Source: an uncultured candidate division Zixibacteria bacterium (lineage in GTDB: Bacteria > Zixibacteria > MSB-5A5 > GN15 > FEB-12). From it: a stretch of 64,000 nucleotides of DNA. Every line of letters begins with the position of its first letter. The first letter of the stretch is position 1. The notes beneath the pieces are model-generated. The model was not told the DNA's origin. It searched no databases and saw only the letters and a program-made list of their open reading frames with translations. The position numbers and the translations under genes were made by a program. The stretch lies in the NCBI GenBank assembly GCA_963806185.1, contig CAWDXE010000006.1, positions 96,001 to 160,000 of the forward strand, in the 5' to 3' direction. This document shows, piece after piece, positions 42,555-52,423 of this stretch.

Positions 42555-42716
42555 CCGTACCCCATCCAACGGATGGGTTCTATTTCTCTGGCTTTCCCCT
42601 CACGATGTTCGATGGACTGAGATTGCCACGAGTCTCGTCGCCGACGGCTCCAGTTCAGAGGACTATGCAAAGGGAAAACCGGAGAAAGAAAAACCCACCT
42701 GATAGGTGGGCTACGG
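42555..42716. repeat. REPIN-like element: two inverted REPs of the RAYT-flank family
   Basis: CCGTACCCCATCCAACGGATGGGTTC .. AACCCACCTGATAGGTGGGCTACGG, with further complementary inner arms. Confidence 0.7.
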
Positions 42717-42915
42717 AACCGAGATCCTGAATCATCGGAATGATTCAGGATGACGACATGGTGGAGGTTCAGGATAACGAGATGGTGGAGGTTTAGGATG
42801 ACAATTCATAAAGACGCCAAAAGTGCGACTCTGTCCGCTCCGTTTTTTTCTTGTAGCTATTCAACTTTCCGTCGGCGATATTTCTGGACGACCAACGACG
42901 CAAGGAAGGGTGAGC

Positions 42916-43272
42916 ATGGTCCGTTATTTTGCCGCCATTGGATTGGCGATGGGGATTGCGACGCTGGGGTGTTCGAAGGAAGAACCGGCCCCGAAATCAT
43001 CGACCGAACAAACCGAAGCCAACAGCCTTACCGTCAAACTGCCCATCGAACAGGTGATGACCGAGTTCACGGACAGCCTTATGTCATTTCCGGGAGTAGT
43101 CGGTGTGGGCGTCGGCGACTCCGCCGGCAAGCCGTGTATCGCCGTGCTGGTCGTGGAAAAAACGACTGATCTTGAAGCGCAGGTGCCCAAACAATTGGGC
43201 GGCTATCCGGTCCGTATCGACGAGACGGGGGATTTCCGGCCCGACGATGATTCCATTCCGCCCGGCGACTGA
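42916..43272 (+). CDS. Small lipoprotein, protease-propeptide-like domain
   Basis: Lipobox TLGC; LMSFPGVVGVGVG..IAVLV..VPKQLGGYPVRIDETG. Confidence 0.7.
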   Translation: MVRYFAAIGLAMGIATLGCSKEEPAPKSSTEQTEANSLTVKLPIEQVMTEFTDSLMSFPGVVGVGVGDSAGKPCIAVLVVEKTTDLEAQVPKQLGGYPVRIDETGDFRPDDDSIPPGD

Positions 43273-43274
43273 GC

Positions 43275-44702
43275 CTACAGGTGGAAATACTCTTCGAAGG
43301 AATACCTGAACCCCTGCGGTGTAAACTCGCCGCTCTCCGTGTCCTGCACGTACGTCTGGCTAAAATCACCCGCGACAATCTTCCGAATCATCGCCACAAA
43401 CGTGTCAATCTCCGCCGTCGTGTTGTACAACCCGAACGACATCCGGATCGCCCCCGGCACGTGCGAACGGTCGCGGGCGAGAATCTCCAGCTCCAGTCGC
43501 TTGGCCTCATCGTCCGTCAGATTCAATAAATTACGAATGTACGTGTGGGCACAGAAACAACCCGATCGCACCCCAATGGCTCCCTCGTACCCGAGAATCG
43601 CCGCCACCAGCGAGTGTGGCAGATTGCCCACGTTCATCGAAATCACCCCCAGCCGGTTGATCGCCTGCGCCGGATCGGTTTCTCCGTAAACCGTAACCTC
43701 GGGGATCTTCCGCAATTGCTCCAATGCATGCGCTGTCAGCTCGCGCTCATGCTCGATTATCTGTTTCCACCCCAGCGCCTGAAACATCAGGATCGCCTTC
43801 CCCAGCGCCACTACCCCCACGATGTCGGGCGTGCCGGCTTCTTCCTTATCCGGAAGATCAGTCCAGTACGCTTCTTCAATCGTTACGATATCGACCACCC
43901 CGCCGCCGACTGTATCCGGTTCGCCGATTTCGAATATCCGCTTGTCACCCACCAGCACCCCGACGCCAAACGGCGCGTACATCTTGTGCGCGGAGAAAAC
44001 GAGAAAATCGATGCGATGCAATGGATCGTGCGGCTTCATGTCGATGGGACGGTGCGGCACCAGTTGCGCCCCGTCGACCACAAACCGCGCTCCCAGCTTG
44101 TGGGTGTGTTCGGCAAAGTAATCAAGATCGTTGATGTACCCGGTCACATTCGACGCACCCGTGATCGCCACCACTTTGATGCGTGAACCGAACTTGGCGA
44201 TCTTCGCCTGAAAATCCTCGCGGCTGATCGTCCCGTCAGCGTTCAACCCGACATGCTCGACCCGTCCCACTCGCCGCCAGGGAAGTTCATTGGAATGATG
44301 TTCCATGAGCGTCGTCAGGATGATGCTCTCCCGCCCCGGGCGCAGCCGATTGGCCAGCTTGTTGATGGCGTCGGTGGTGTTTTTCGTGAAGATGACCACT
44401 TGCTGATGCAGATCGGCCCCGACAAACTTCGCCACCAGGTCGCGCGACTCTTCGTACGCCCAACTCGAAAGCTGCGATTTGAAACCCGTGCCGCGATGTA
44501 CATTGGAATACCATTTCAGAAACGACGACACCGCATCGGAGATCGGTGCAAAGGTCGGCGTCGACGCGGCGTTATCGAAATTGACATACGTCTTCGGTCC
44601 GTGCATGGTCGGCACGACCGTGTGAGCCCCCACCATCAGGTCGGGCAGCCGATCGATCGTTATGTCACCGCTCTGGGCGGTCGCGGCGGTCTTGGACGAC
44701 AT
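43275..44702 (-). CDS. Class V PLP-dependent enzyme, cysteine desulfurase (SufS-like)
   Basis: FDNAAST, HRG, EHHSN, VDGAQ, SAHKMY, RSGCFCA. Confidence 0.9.
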   Translation of the reverse strand: MSSKTAATAQSGDITIDRLPDLMVGAHTVVPTMHGPKTYVNFDNAASTPTFAPISDAVSSFLKWYSNVHRGTGFKSQLSSWAYEESRDLVAKFVGADLHQQVVIFTKNTTDAINKLANRLRPGRESIILTTLMEHHSNELPWRRVGRVEHVGLNADGTISREDFQAKIAKFGSRIKVVAITGASNVTGYINDLDYFAEHTHKLGARFVVDGAQLVPHRPIDMKPHDPLHRIDFLVFSAHKMYAPFGVGVLVGDKRIFEIGEPDTVGGGVVDIVTIEEAYWTDLPDKEEAGTPDIVGVVALGKAILMFQALGWKQIIEHERELTAHALEQLRKIPEVTVYGETDPAQAINRLGVISMNVGNLPHSLVAAILGYEGAIGVRSGCFCAHTYIRNLLNLTDDEAKRLELEILARDRSHVPGAIRMSFGLYNTTAEIDTFVAMIRKIVAGDFSQTYVQDTESGEFTPQGFRYSFEEYFHL

Positions 44703-44765
44703 AAGAATACTCCCGTCGTGTGCCGACATCGCGGTCACGATGCATGTACCAAAGTAGAGGCGATG

Positions 44766-45977
44766 TCAGGATTTTTCCAGAAATTCCAGATACTGCGACG
44801 CCCACATCTCCCGGTGATGATACCGGGTCGCGTGCGTATGATACGATTTCCCCAGACTGTCACCGTCGATCTTGCCCGATTTCAAGTCGAGAATCAGCTC
44901 CGTTAAGTGGCGCGGATTATCGGTTGCAAACGCCAGCGCACCGCCCGCCCGCTCAAGTTCCCGTACCGCTTCACCGTCGCGCGATCCAAACAGAATCGGG
45001 CGGCCGGAAGCCATGTACTCAAACAACTTACAGGGAAACGTACCGCGCGTTATGGGCACTTCGCGAAGACTCTCTATGAGAACGTCACTGGCCTTCAAAA
45101 AGTGAGGAATGGTCTCCAGCGGCTGTGAGCCAACGAAGCGGACATTTTCCAGACCGTACTCCGCTACCATCTGCTCAAGCTTCGCCCGCTTCTCACCCTC
45201 GCCGACAAACACGAACAGGATATCCGGGCGATCAGTCAGGTGGCGCGCCGATTCAACCAGCGTCTCCAGTTTGTGCGCCCAGCCGAGTGTCCCGGCGTAC
45301 AGGATAAGATACTTGCCGTGCCACCCGAATTTGGTGCGAATACCGTTGTAATCCGCCGTCGAAAACTCCGGAGCAAACCCGGATTTGATCGTCTCCACGC
45401 GCGTCGGTTCAATGCCAAGCTGTCTGATATAGTCGGCGATACCGTCGGTGGCCGCAACAATCTTCTCCGCCTTGCGGTAGAGCGAATGCATCATCCACTT
45501 GAGCGAACGGGTGAAGACGGACTTGTTGAGATTGCCGAAATCCTCGCTTGATTCCGGCTGAAGATCGCGAATCTCAATGACAAACCGGGCACCCCGGAAC
45601 TTGCTCAATAGCCACCCGATCACCGGCGTATTCACCGGTGGCGTGGAGGCCAGCACCAGGTCAACTTTTCCTTTGATCCGAAACGCGTTCAGAAGGGCGG
45701 TAAAAAAGAACACGGCGAATCCGATCATCCGCCGAGTAGGGTGACGATTCGAGGCCGGTAGGACCCAGCTTCGGAATACCCGTACCCCTTCCATCTCCTC
45801 GTAATAGAACAGCTTACCACGATACTTCTCGGGTACTATGCCATCCGGGTAGTTCGGCATAGCCGTGAGTACTGACACCTGATGGCCTTGCCGCACGAAG
45901 AAACGGGCAAATTCATATAGCCGCCGAACCGCTCCGCGTTCTGGCGGAAAATGTTGTGTGACAATCAGTATGTGCAT
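44766..45977 (-). CDS. GT4 glycosyltransferase (WbuB-like)
   Basis: TQHFPPE, PNYP.G, YAGTLG, PCKLFEYMASGRP. Confidence 0.9.
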   Translation of the reverse strand: MHILIVTQHFPPERGAVRRLYEFARFFVRQGHQVSVLTAMPNYPDGIVPEKYRGKLFYYEEMEGVRVFRSWVLPASNRHPTRRMIGFAVFFFTALLNAFRIKGKVDLVLASTPPVNTPVIGWLLSKFRGARFVIEIRDLQPESSEDFGNLNKSVFTRSLKWMMHSLYRKAEKIVAATDGIADYIRQLGIEPTRVETIKSGFAPEFSTADYNGIRTKFGWHGKYLILYAGTLGWAHKLETLVESARHLTDRPDILFVFVGEGEKRAKLEQMVAEYGLENVRFVGSQPLETIPHFLKASDVLIESLREVPITRGTFPCKLFEYMASGRPILFGSRDGEAVRELERAGGALAFATDNPRHLTELILDLKSGKIDGDSLGKSYHTHATRYHHREMWASQYLEFLEKS

Positions 45978-46174
45978 ACAATGTCAAGAATTGTACCTCT
46001 TTTTGCCCCTGCAAGCAATAATTTTGTTCGCGCCTCCGGCTTTTTTTGACCGCCGTTCCCAATTAACTTGACAAAGCCCCTCGTGATTTTTTTCATTTGC
46101 GCCAGTGCTATTGCGGAATTTGTACACTACATTTGTGTATAAAGGACCAAAGACATCTTAGGAGGTTGTTGTTC

Positions 46175-46687
46175 ATGAGACTTGCCAAACTCTCTCTCAT
46201 CATCCTGGCCTTGGCGGCGATTCTTGCCTCGATTGCCATCGCCCAGGAAAAGCCGAAGGCCACCATCGTTGGCCCGGAAAAATGCAAAATGTGCCATAAG
46301 GCTGAATTCACTGCGTGGTCTGCCACCAAGCATGCCAAGGCCTTCGACGCGCTGAAGCCCGAAGAACAAGCCAAGGCCGAATGCGTCGGCTGCCACGTTA
46401 CTGGTAAGACGGCCGAAGGCGTTGCGGTGAACGGCGTGACTTGCGAAGCCTGCCACGGCGCCGGCTCGGAGTACAAGAAGCCGACTATCATGTCAGCGGC
46501 CAAATGGAAAGCCGAACCTGACAAGTACAAAAAGATGGCTCTGGAAGCCGGCCTCGTTATGCCGACTGAAGCCACCTGCAAGAACTGCCATAAGGCTGAA
46601 GGAAACGCGAACTTCAAGGAACGCGATTTCAAGGCCCTGATGAGCCAGGTTCACGCGGTCAAGGCGGAAGCCCCGGCCACGAAGTAA
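46175..46687 (+). CDS. Periplasmic tetraheme c-type cytochrome (c554-like)
   Basis: Signal peptide; CKMCH, CVGCH, CEACHG, CKNCH; AGGAGG RBS. Confidence 0.92.
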   Translation: MRLAKLSLIILALAAILASIAIAQEKPKATIVGPEKCKMCHKAEFTAWSATKHAKAFDALKPEEQAKAECVGCHVTGKTAEGVAVNGVTCEACHGAGSEYKKPTIMSAAKWKAEPDKYKKMALEAGLVMPTEATCKNCHKAEGNANFKERDFKALMSQVHAVKAEAPATK

Positions 46688-46715
46688 GACGAACTGACAA
46701 GTTGAAATAGCACGC

Positions 46716-46747
46716 AGCGGCTCGCGCAAGCGAGCCGCTCTTATTTT
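46716..46747 (+). terminator. Intrinsic terminator
   Basis: AGCGGCTCGC-GCAA-GCGAGCCGCT followed by CTTATTTT. Confidence 0.8.
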
Positions 46748-46857
46748 GCCGACTGTGGTCGGTGATATCGTCTTCCGGCTGTGTTGCAATCATTGACCCA
46801 CATAATGTATATTTACCGCAACGCCATGTCACCCGACACACAGGAGGATTGCCCGCT

Positions 46858-47271
46858 ATGGCCGAACTGAAAACCAGAGCCACGACCGCCAGTGTCGCGA
46901 AATTTCTTGCCGCCATTACCGATGAGGGCCGCCGCAAGGACGGCCGGAAGATCGCCGTCATGATGGAAAAGATCACGCGCGCCAAACCGAAAATGTGGGG
47001 GCCGAGTATCGTCGGATTCGGCGAGTATAAATATACCTACGCCGACGGGCGTGAACTGGATTGGCCAATGGTCGGCTTCTCACCGCGCAAGCAGGCCATT
47101 TCCATCTACCTGATGGGTGGATTGCAGCATCAGGCCAAATGGCTCAAAAAGCTGGGCAAGCACAAGACCGGCAAAGGGTGCCTGTACGTCAATCGGCTCG
47201 CCGACATTGATTTCGAGGTCCTGACAGCGATGGTGAAAGCATCGGTGGCAAAGATGAAAGCGCGTTTGTGA
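46858..47271 (+). CDS. DUF1801 (YdhG-like) protein
   Basis: KMWGPSIVGFGEY.Y, GFSPRK, LGKHKTGKGCLY; AGGAGG RBS. Confidence 0.85.
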   Translation: MAELKTRATTASVAKFLAAITDEGRRKDGRKIAVMMEKITRAKPKMWGPSIVGFGEYKYTYADGRELDWPMVGFSPRKQAISIYLMGGLQHQAKWLKKLGKHKTGKGCLYVNRLADIDFEVLTAMVKASVAKMKARL

Positions 47272-47389
47272 TTTACGTTTGGATAACCTGCAAACATCAA
47301 CACCGCAAAGCCACCGCACTATGGCATTTTCCTGCGGCAGCCGACAACCGACCATTATCTCGTTGATGAACGCCGATTGAGATGAAACC

Positions 47390-47875
47390 TCAGGCGTAAT
47401 TGGTCATCATCTCCGATATCATGCGCATGTGACCCGCCTCGAATTTCGCCAACTGCTCGAACATCTTCTTCCCCTCGGTCTGATCCATGATCTTCGCCTG
47501 ACCGTCAAACAGGTCATGCGCTTCCTTCTCGAGCTGATAGGCAAGATCGAGAATCTGCTTCACCGTCGTCGTCTTCGCCAATTGGCTGAGCAAATCACGA
47601 TGCACGGCCGACATATCCTCCGTGATCTCCGGCAGCCCGGGCATTTTGAGAATGTCCGCCGTACTGATCCACTTCTCACTTCGGTTCAGCGAATCGTACT
47701 GACGTTCCAGCACGTGAAAATGGTCCTTCTCTTCATGCGCCAGCTTCTCCAGTATGGTCTTGAACGCGGCCGACTGACTCTTCTTAGCCGCCGCGACATA
47801 GAAGACATAACTCGCTACCTCGGACTTAATTCCCGCTGTGAGAGCATCCAGAATCTGTCGACTAACCGGGGTCAT
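47390..47875 (-). CDS. Ferritin-like/rubrerythrin family protein
   Basis: E..FY..LAHEEKDH and E..F..LAKFEAGH diiron-type motifs. Confidence 0.85.
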   Translation of the reverse strand: MTPVSRQILDALTAGIKSEVASYVFYVAAAKKSQSAAFKTILEKLAHEEKDHFHVLERQYDSLNRSEKWISTADILKMPGLPEITEDMSAVHRDLLSQLAKTTTVKQILDLAYQLEKEAHDLFDGQAKIMDQTEGKKMFEQLAKFEAGHMRMISEMMTNYA

Positions 47876-48140
47876 ATCTGCTTCCTCTATGATCAAATGC
47901 CAAATCTTCTATCTCTTACCGGCCGCCCGGCAAACACCACCAACTAAGTTATCTTTTTCACAAGCGATGTCAACAGAATTGTGGCGCTCAATCTTCGACG
48001 CCGCTGCTTTCCCTTGCGTCCGTTCGGCTCATGTGCTAATATGTCTCTATTAGGTCAAAGTGACCAACCCTGCGCTCATTCAAGCCGGGGACTAAACGTC
48101 TAATGCCATCCTCCAGGCGTGTGCATGCTCCGGGAATGGT

Positions 48141-50417
48141 ATGCCGCAGATCAGAGTTCGGATCCGATTCAGTTGTCGCAGCAGATGCGTGCTCGCGCTG
48201 GTGTATGCGCTTTTATGGCTCACGGCGCCGACGAGTACATATGCCCAATCCTGCTGTGAAAGCGCCACCGGCAACCTCGATTGTGAAGAGATGTCCATTC
48301 CCGACATCGCCGACCTCACCATCCTCGTCGATCACCTCTTCCTCACCTTCACCCCGCTCTGCTGTGAGGCCGAGGGGAATGTCGATGGCAGCGCCGACGG
48401 CGTGATTGACATCGCCGATCTCCAGGCCCTGATCGAGAATCTCTTTATCAGTTTTGCGGAGACCTCGCCGTGCGATATGGAACGCGTCGTAACCGACTCG
48501 ACCCGGCTGGCGATCGTCCGTATCGTTGCCCCGGTCGCAGACTCATTACTGCGTCACAGTCTCCACTTTGGTGAAGACCTGCGCGATTTTCTTTCCACCA
48601 TCCCCCGATTCGAAGCGACCGGGTACGACACGGCCACACAGAGCGTATGGGGAAGGTTCGTCGACGGCACGCTTTATGTCGCCGTCGACAATTTTGCGCC
48701 TTCCACTGACAGCGGTATGTCGACGCTCATATCATCTGCCTCGACGCCTCCGCGCGTGTCATCACCGCCAGGAATGGCATCCATCGCGAAACGTACAAAC
48801 ACTGCTCCCGCCGGCCTGCCCTGGTCGACCTCCGTGCGCTCACTGGTCACGCTCGACAGCACTTTTCGGCCCGGCAATGAGGCGATTGAGACTATGCTCC
48901 AGGCCAACGGCTACACCGTTGTTTCGCGCGATGCGTCCGTCGACGGACTGCTTCACGTGGGGGGCGATGGCGTTTTCTATTTTATGACTCACGGCGGCCA
49001 CGCACACTTGCGCTATGGTCGGGAGACCTTTGCCCTGGAGACCACGACACTCTGTACGGAGTCAACCGTTGCCGTCTATCACACGGGGCTGGAAACAGGT
49101 TCCCTGGCGATCATGCAGGTGATGGATCGCGCGCGCCTTACTTCTCAGCTGCGCTTAGCCATCACCACCGATTTCGTGATTGCCCACTGGAATGACTTCG
49201 CCCCCAACGCGATGGTCTTCATCAACACCGGCGGCATTCTCGCTCCGCAGGGTTTGTCCCTTCGGGAGATTCTTTTCGAAAAGAAAGCGTCCGCGTGTTT
49301 CGGTTGGACCGGCCCGATCGGTGCTGATGCCGCCAATTTCGTCGCCTCATTCTTGTTTGATCGCCTGCTCGGCGCCAACGAAATCGAACCAAAAGAAACT
49401 CCGGCCCAACGTGCCTTCGACTATCAGCACATCTATCAGGATCTCGTCTCACGCGCTTTGCATCAATACACCCCCGGCGACAAAACTCCGGGTACGACAA
49501 CATTTCAGGTTGATGCCGGCCCCGGCGATTTCGGCCTGCTCACACCAAGCATCCGCCGGCTATCGATCGACGCTCATGACGTCATGTCAGTGACCGGCTT
49601 CTGCGGAGACAATCCCGGCGCCGCAGGACGCCTGCTCGTGAATGACACATCGCTCCCGGTGTTGTCGTGGGAACCGGGTCTCATTCGCGTGCAACTGCCC
49701 GACTCCGGCCTTGGCGCCGTTGGCCCGGTCGCCATCGAGATCGATCCCCGCTCAAACGGCGGCGCAACACCCGCCATTCGTCGAAGCAACATTGTTCACC
49801 TCACCGCGTGGGAAGGCTCTATGACCTACACCCATACCGATCTCGGCACTCTCAAGTACACGATCGATTCAGACATCCGCCTTCGCGCCGATCTGCATCC
49901 GTACCGCGACGAACCGCATACCGTTCCCCTTCTTCCACCTGTCGACGTCGTTGGATCGCTGGCCACAAGCGCCGACATATCCGCCGCCGGCACACACACG
50001 ATGACCACGGGAGATTCTTCGATCACCATCAAATGGTCGGGCGGCTGCACGGTGCCGGCCGCTGCAATCGAATCGGCTGACGGTCAGTTTGTTGCCGGTG
50101 TGTTTGATGCACAGAACTACTTGCTGAACTTGCGACTTTCCATGAATGGCGCCGATAGTTGCATCACCGCCACCACCCTGCTTAATTCCGGCGATTCAAC
50201 GCACCGCTTCCTCACCGCCACAATCGATTCCACTATATATGATGATAAACCAGGTCTGATTTTTCACCTGCCCTTGGAAGTTAATTGGGATATTCAGTCC
50301 GGAATTCGCCAAAGCATTGTTCCGTCACTCGTTGACCCATCGAAATCCATGAGCATCAGGCTCCAGTGGAACACGCTTTCAGCCCAGTACCCTCCGCACC
50401 CTGACGCTCCCCGGTAG
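48141..50417 (+). CDS. Secreted protein with N-terminal dockerin-like domain and central IPT/TIG-like segment
   Basis: CC..GNLDC..IPDIADLTILVDHLF..GNVDGSADGVIDIADL; VLSWEPGLIRVQLP. Confidence 0.75.
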   Translation: MPQIRVRIRFSCRSRCVLALVYALLWLTAPTSTYAQSCCESATGNLDCEEMSIPDIADLTILVDHLFLTFTPLCCEAEGNVDGSADGVIDIADLQALIENLFISFAETSPCDMERVVTDSTRLAIVRIVAPVADSLLRHSLHFGEDLRDFLSTIPRFEATGYDTATQSVWGRFVDGTLYVAVDNFAPSTDSGMSTLISSASTPPRVSSPPGMASIAKRTNTAPAGLPWSTSVRSLVTLDSTFRPGNEAIETMLQANGYTVVSRDASVDGLLHVGGDGVFYFMTHGGHAHLRYGRETFALETTTLCTESTVAVYHTGLETGSLAIMQVMDRARLTSQLRLAITTDFVIAHWNDFAPNAMVFINTGGILAPQGLSLREILFEKKASACFGWTGPIGADAANFVASFLFDRLLGANEIEPKETPAQRAFDYQHIYQDLVSRALHQYTPGDKTPGTTTFQVDAGPGDFGLLTPSIRRLSIDAHDVMSVTGFCGDNPGAAGRLLVNDTSLPVLSWEPGLIRVQLPDSGLGAVGPVAIEIDPRSNGGATPAIRRSNIVHLTAWEGSMTYTHTDLGTLKYTIDSDIRLRADLHPYRDEPHTVPLLPPVDVVGSLATSADISAAGTHTMTTGDSSITIKWSGGCTVPAAAIESADGQFVAGVFDAQNYLLNLRLSMNGADSCITATTLLNSGDSTHRFLTATIDSTIYDDKPGLIFHLPLEVNWDIQSGIRQSIVPSLVDPSKSMSIRLQWNTLSAQYPPHPDAPR

Positions 50418-50462
50418 CATATTCCGCTTGCCAGCCGGTACGCCGGCAATCATACTCCATAT

Positions 50463-51159
50463 ATGCCAACGGATTTAGCAGCGAACCTTCTGCGAGATTG
50501 AACGTCAAATCACCGACGCCTGCGTTACGGCCCGTCGTAACCGCGACGCGGTCACCATCATCGCCATCACCAAGACTCACCCCGCGACCGTCATCACCGA
50601 CGCCGTTAATTTGGGATTGCCCGATATCGGCGAAAGCCGCGTGCAGGAAGCGGAAGAAAAGTTCGCGCAGATCGGCCACATCGGCCGGTATCATCTGGTC
50701 GGGCATCTGCAGAGCAACAAGGTGAAAAAGGCGGTGCAGCTATTCGATGTCATCCATTCGGTCGATTCGCTCAAGCTGGCCGAAGAGATCAGCAAGCGCG
50801 CCGCTGAACAAGACAAGACGATAGACTGCCTCATCGAAGTCAACACTTCAGAAGAGCCGCAAAAGCACGGTGTCCAGCCGACCGAGGCGGTCGCCCTCAT
50901 CCGCGAGATTTTCCCCCTCCCACATCTCCGGCTGGTTGGATTAATGACCGTCGGCCCCCTGACTGACAATGCCGATCGGATTCGGGATGCTTTCCGGATG
51001 CTCCGGCACCTGCTCTTCCACGGCCAGGACATTGCCGGACCGCAATTTAGCGAACTTTCCATGGGTATGTCGGGCGACTTTGACCTGGCTATTCAGGAAG
51101 GCGCCACCATGATCCGTCTCGGTACCGCCCTTTTCGGCGCTCGCGAACCGCAAGTCTGA
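50463..51159 (+). CDS. yggS: PLP homeostasis protein, one frameshift near 50490
   Basis: IAITKTH, GESRVQE, HLVGHLQSNKVK, LVGLMT, LSMGMSGD, IRLGTALFG; ATG 50463 is one base out of frame. Confidence 0.9.
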
Positions 51160-51302
51160 CACTCCCCGATTCACGCTAAGAACCGATCTTTTTTGGAGTT
51201 GGCGGTTAACTTTGCCCGTCCCCTGTTCGATAACTAGAGGGTAGCGGCCGATTGAGCTGATTAGTGTTTGCACAGCCAGAGCGCCGGAAAACCAGGGAGT
51301 CT

Positions 51303-52346
51303 ATGCCCGCAACCAGTGAGACGCGTATGGAGCTAACACCCAACGATATCCGTAATCTTGAGTTCGCGAATTCCCTTCGCGGCTACGACAAGGACGCCGT
51401 CGATACCTTCAAAGAGCAGGTCGCTCGGGCGCTTGAAACCGTCAAGCAGGAAAATGTCAAATTGAACATGGAACTGGAATCCCTGCGGATCCAGGTCGCC
51501 GGCATCAAACAATTCGAGGACACCATTAAGAGCGCGGCCATCGATTCCCGCCGCAACGCCGACATGCTGTTGGCAAACGCCCGCAAGGAGGCCGAGCAGC
51601 TTGTCACCGCGGCGAAAGCCGAAGCTGAGAAACTGATGGCTTCGCGCAGCGACCGCATGCATGACATCGAACAGCGCCTCCAGAATCTAGATCTGGTCAG
51701 AAAATCCTATGTCGCCAAACTGCGCGGCATGATACAGTCGCACATGGAACTGGTCAACGAGATCGCTCGCGAGTCGGCGACGCCCATGACGACGCAATTA
51801 CGAGAGCATCGCCGCGAAGATAACATCGACATTACCGAATCTACCGAGGTCCGCCGCGCCATGCGCGAGACCGTCGCCACTCAGCCGTCAACGTCCGATG
51901 CGCCGGTACTCGAGGAAGCCAACGCCGCCGGCAATATCATTGCCGCCGTCCACCAGGCGACGGAAGAAATCCAGTCGCTTACCAAGACGTTGCGGGGCGA
52001 GGATGATCCGTCGGTCGATCCCGAACTGGCCGCCGCTCTGGAGAACTACAACAAAGTAGCACAGTCGCAAGGCGCCGATGGCACCAAGAAGCGGGCCAAA
52101 GACACCCAGCCGATTCCGATCTCTGAAAATGCCCTGGGTCGCGTGACGACTATCAACAACGAGCAGGTCCTTGAGGAACCGGATCACGCGCATCCGACAG
52201 AAGAACACGACAGTCAGACCGAACACAACTCGATCAATATCGATCAACCGATAGCCGCCAATCCGGTGGCCGACAGTCTGGCGCGCGAACTCGACGAGGT
52301 CGCGGCCAAGTTCGAAGAGGAAATGGACAAAGCGGACAAGGTCTGA
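51303..52346 (+). CDS. divIVA: DivIVA-domain protein with long acidic C-terminal extension
   Basis: LTPNDIRNLEF..LRGYDKDAVD; coiled coil; follows yggS. Confidence 0.85.
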   Translation: MPATSETRMELTPNDIRNLEFANSLRGYDKDAVDTFKEQVARALETVKQENVKLNMELESLRIQVAGIKQFEDTIKSAAIDSRRNADMLLANARKEAEQLVTAAKAEAEKLMASRSDRMHDIEQRLQNLDLVRKSYVAKLRGMIQSHMELVNEIARESATPMTTQLREHRREDNIDITESTEVRRAMRETVATQPSTSDAPVLEEANAAGNIIAAVHQATEEIQSLTKTLRGEDDPSVDPELAAALENYNKVAQSQGADGTKKRAKDTQPIPISENALGRVTTINNEQVLEEPDHAHPTEEHDSQTEHNSINIDQPIAANPVADSLARELDEVAAKFEEEMDKADKV

Positions 52347-52367
52347 GCCACACATTGCAGAACACAC

Positions 52368-52404
52368 AAAGCCGCCCGGCCTGCACCCGGCGGCTTTCTT
52401 ATTT
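52368..52404 (+). terminator. Terminator-like hairpin
   Basis: AAAGCCGCC..GGCGGCTTT then CTTATTT. Confidence 0.55.
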
Positions 52405-52423
52405 GCACGCCAGTCGACACTTT

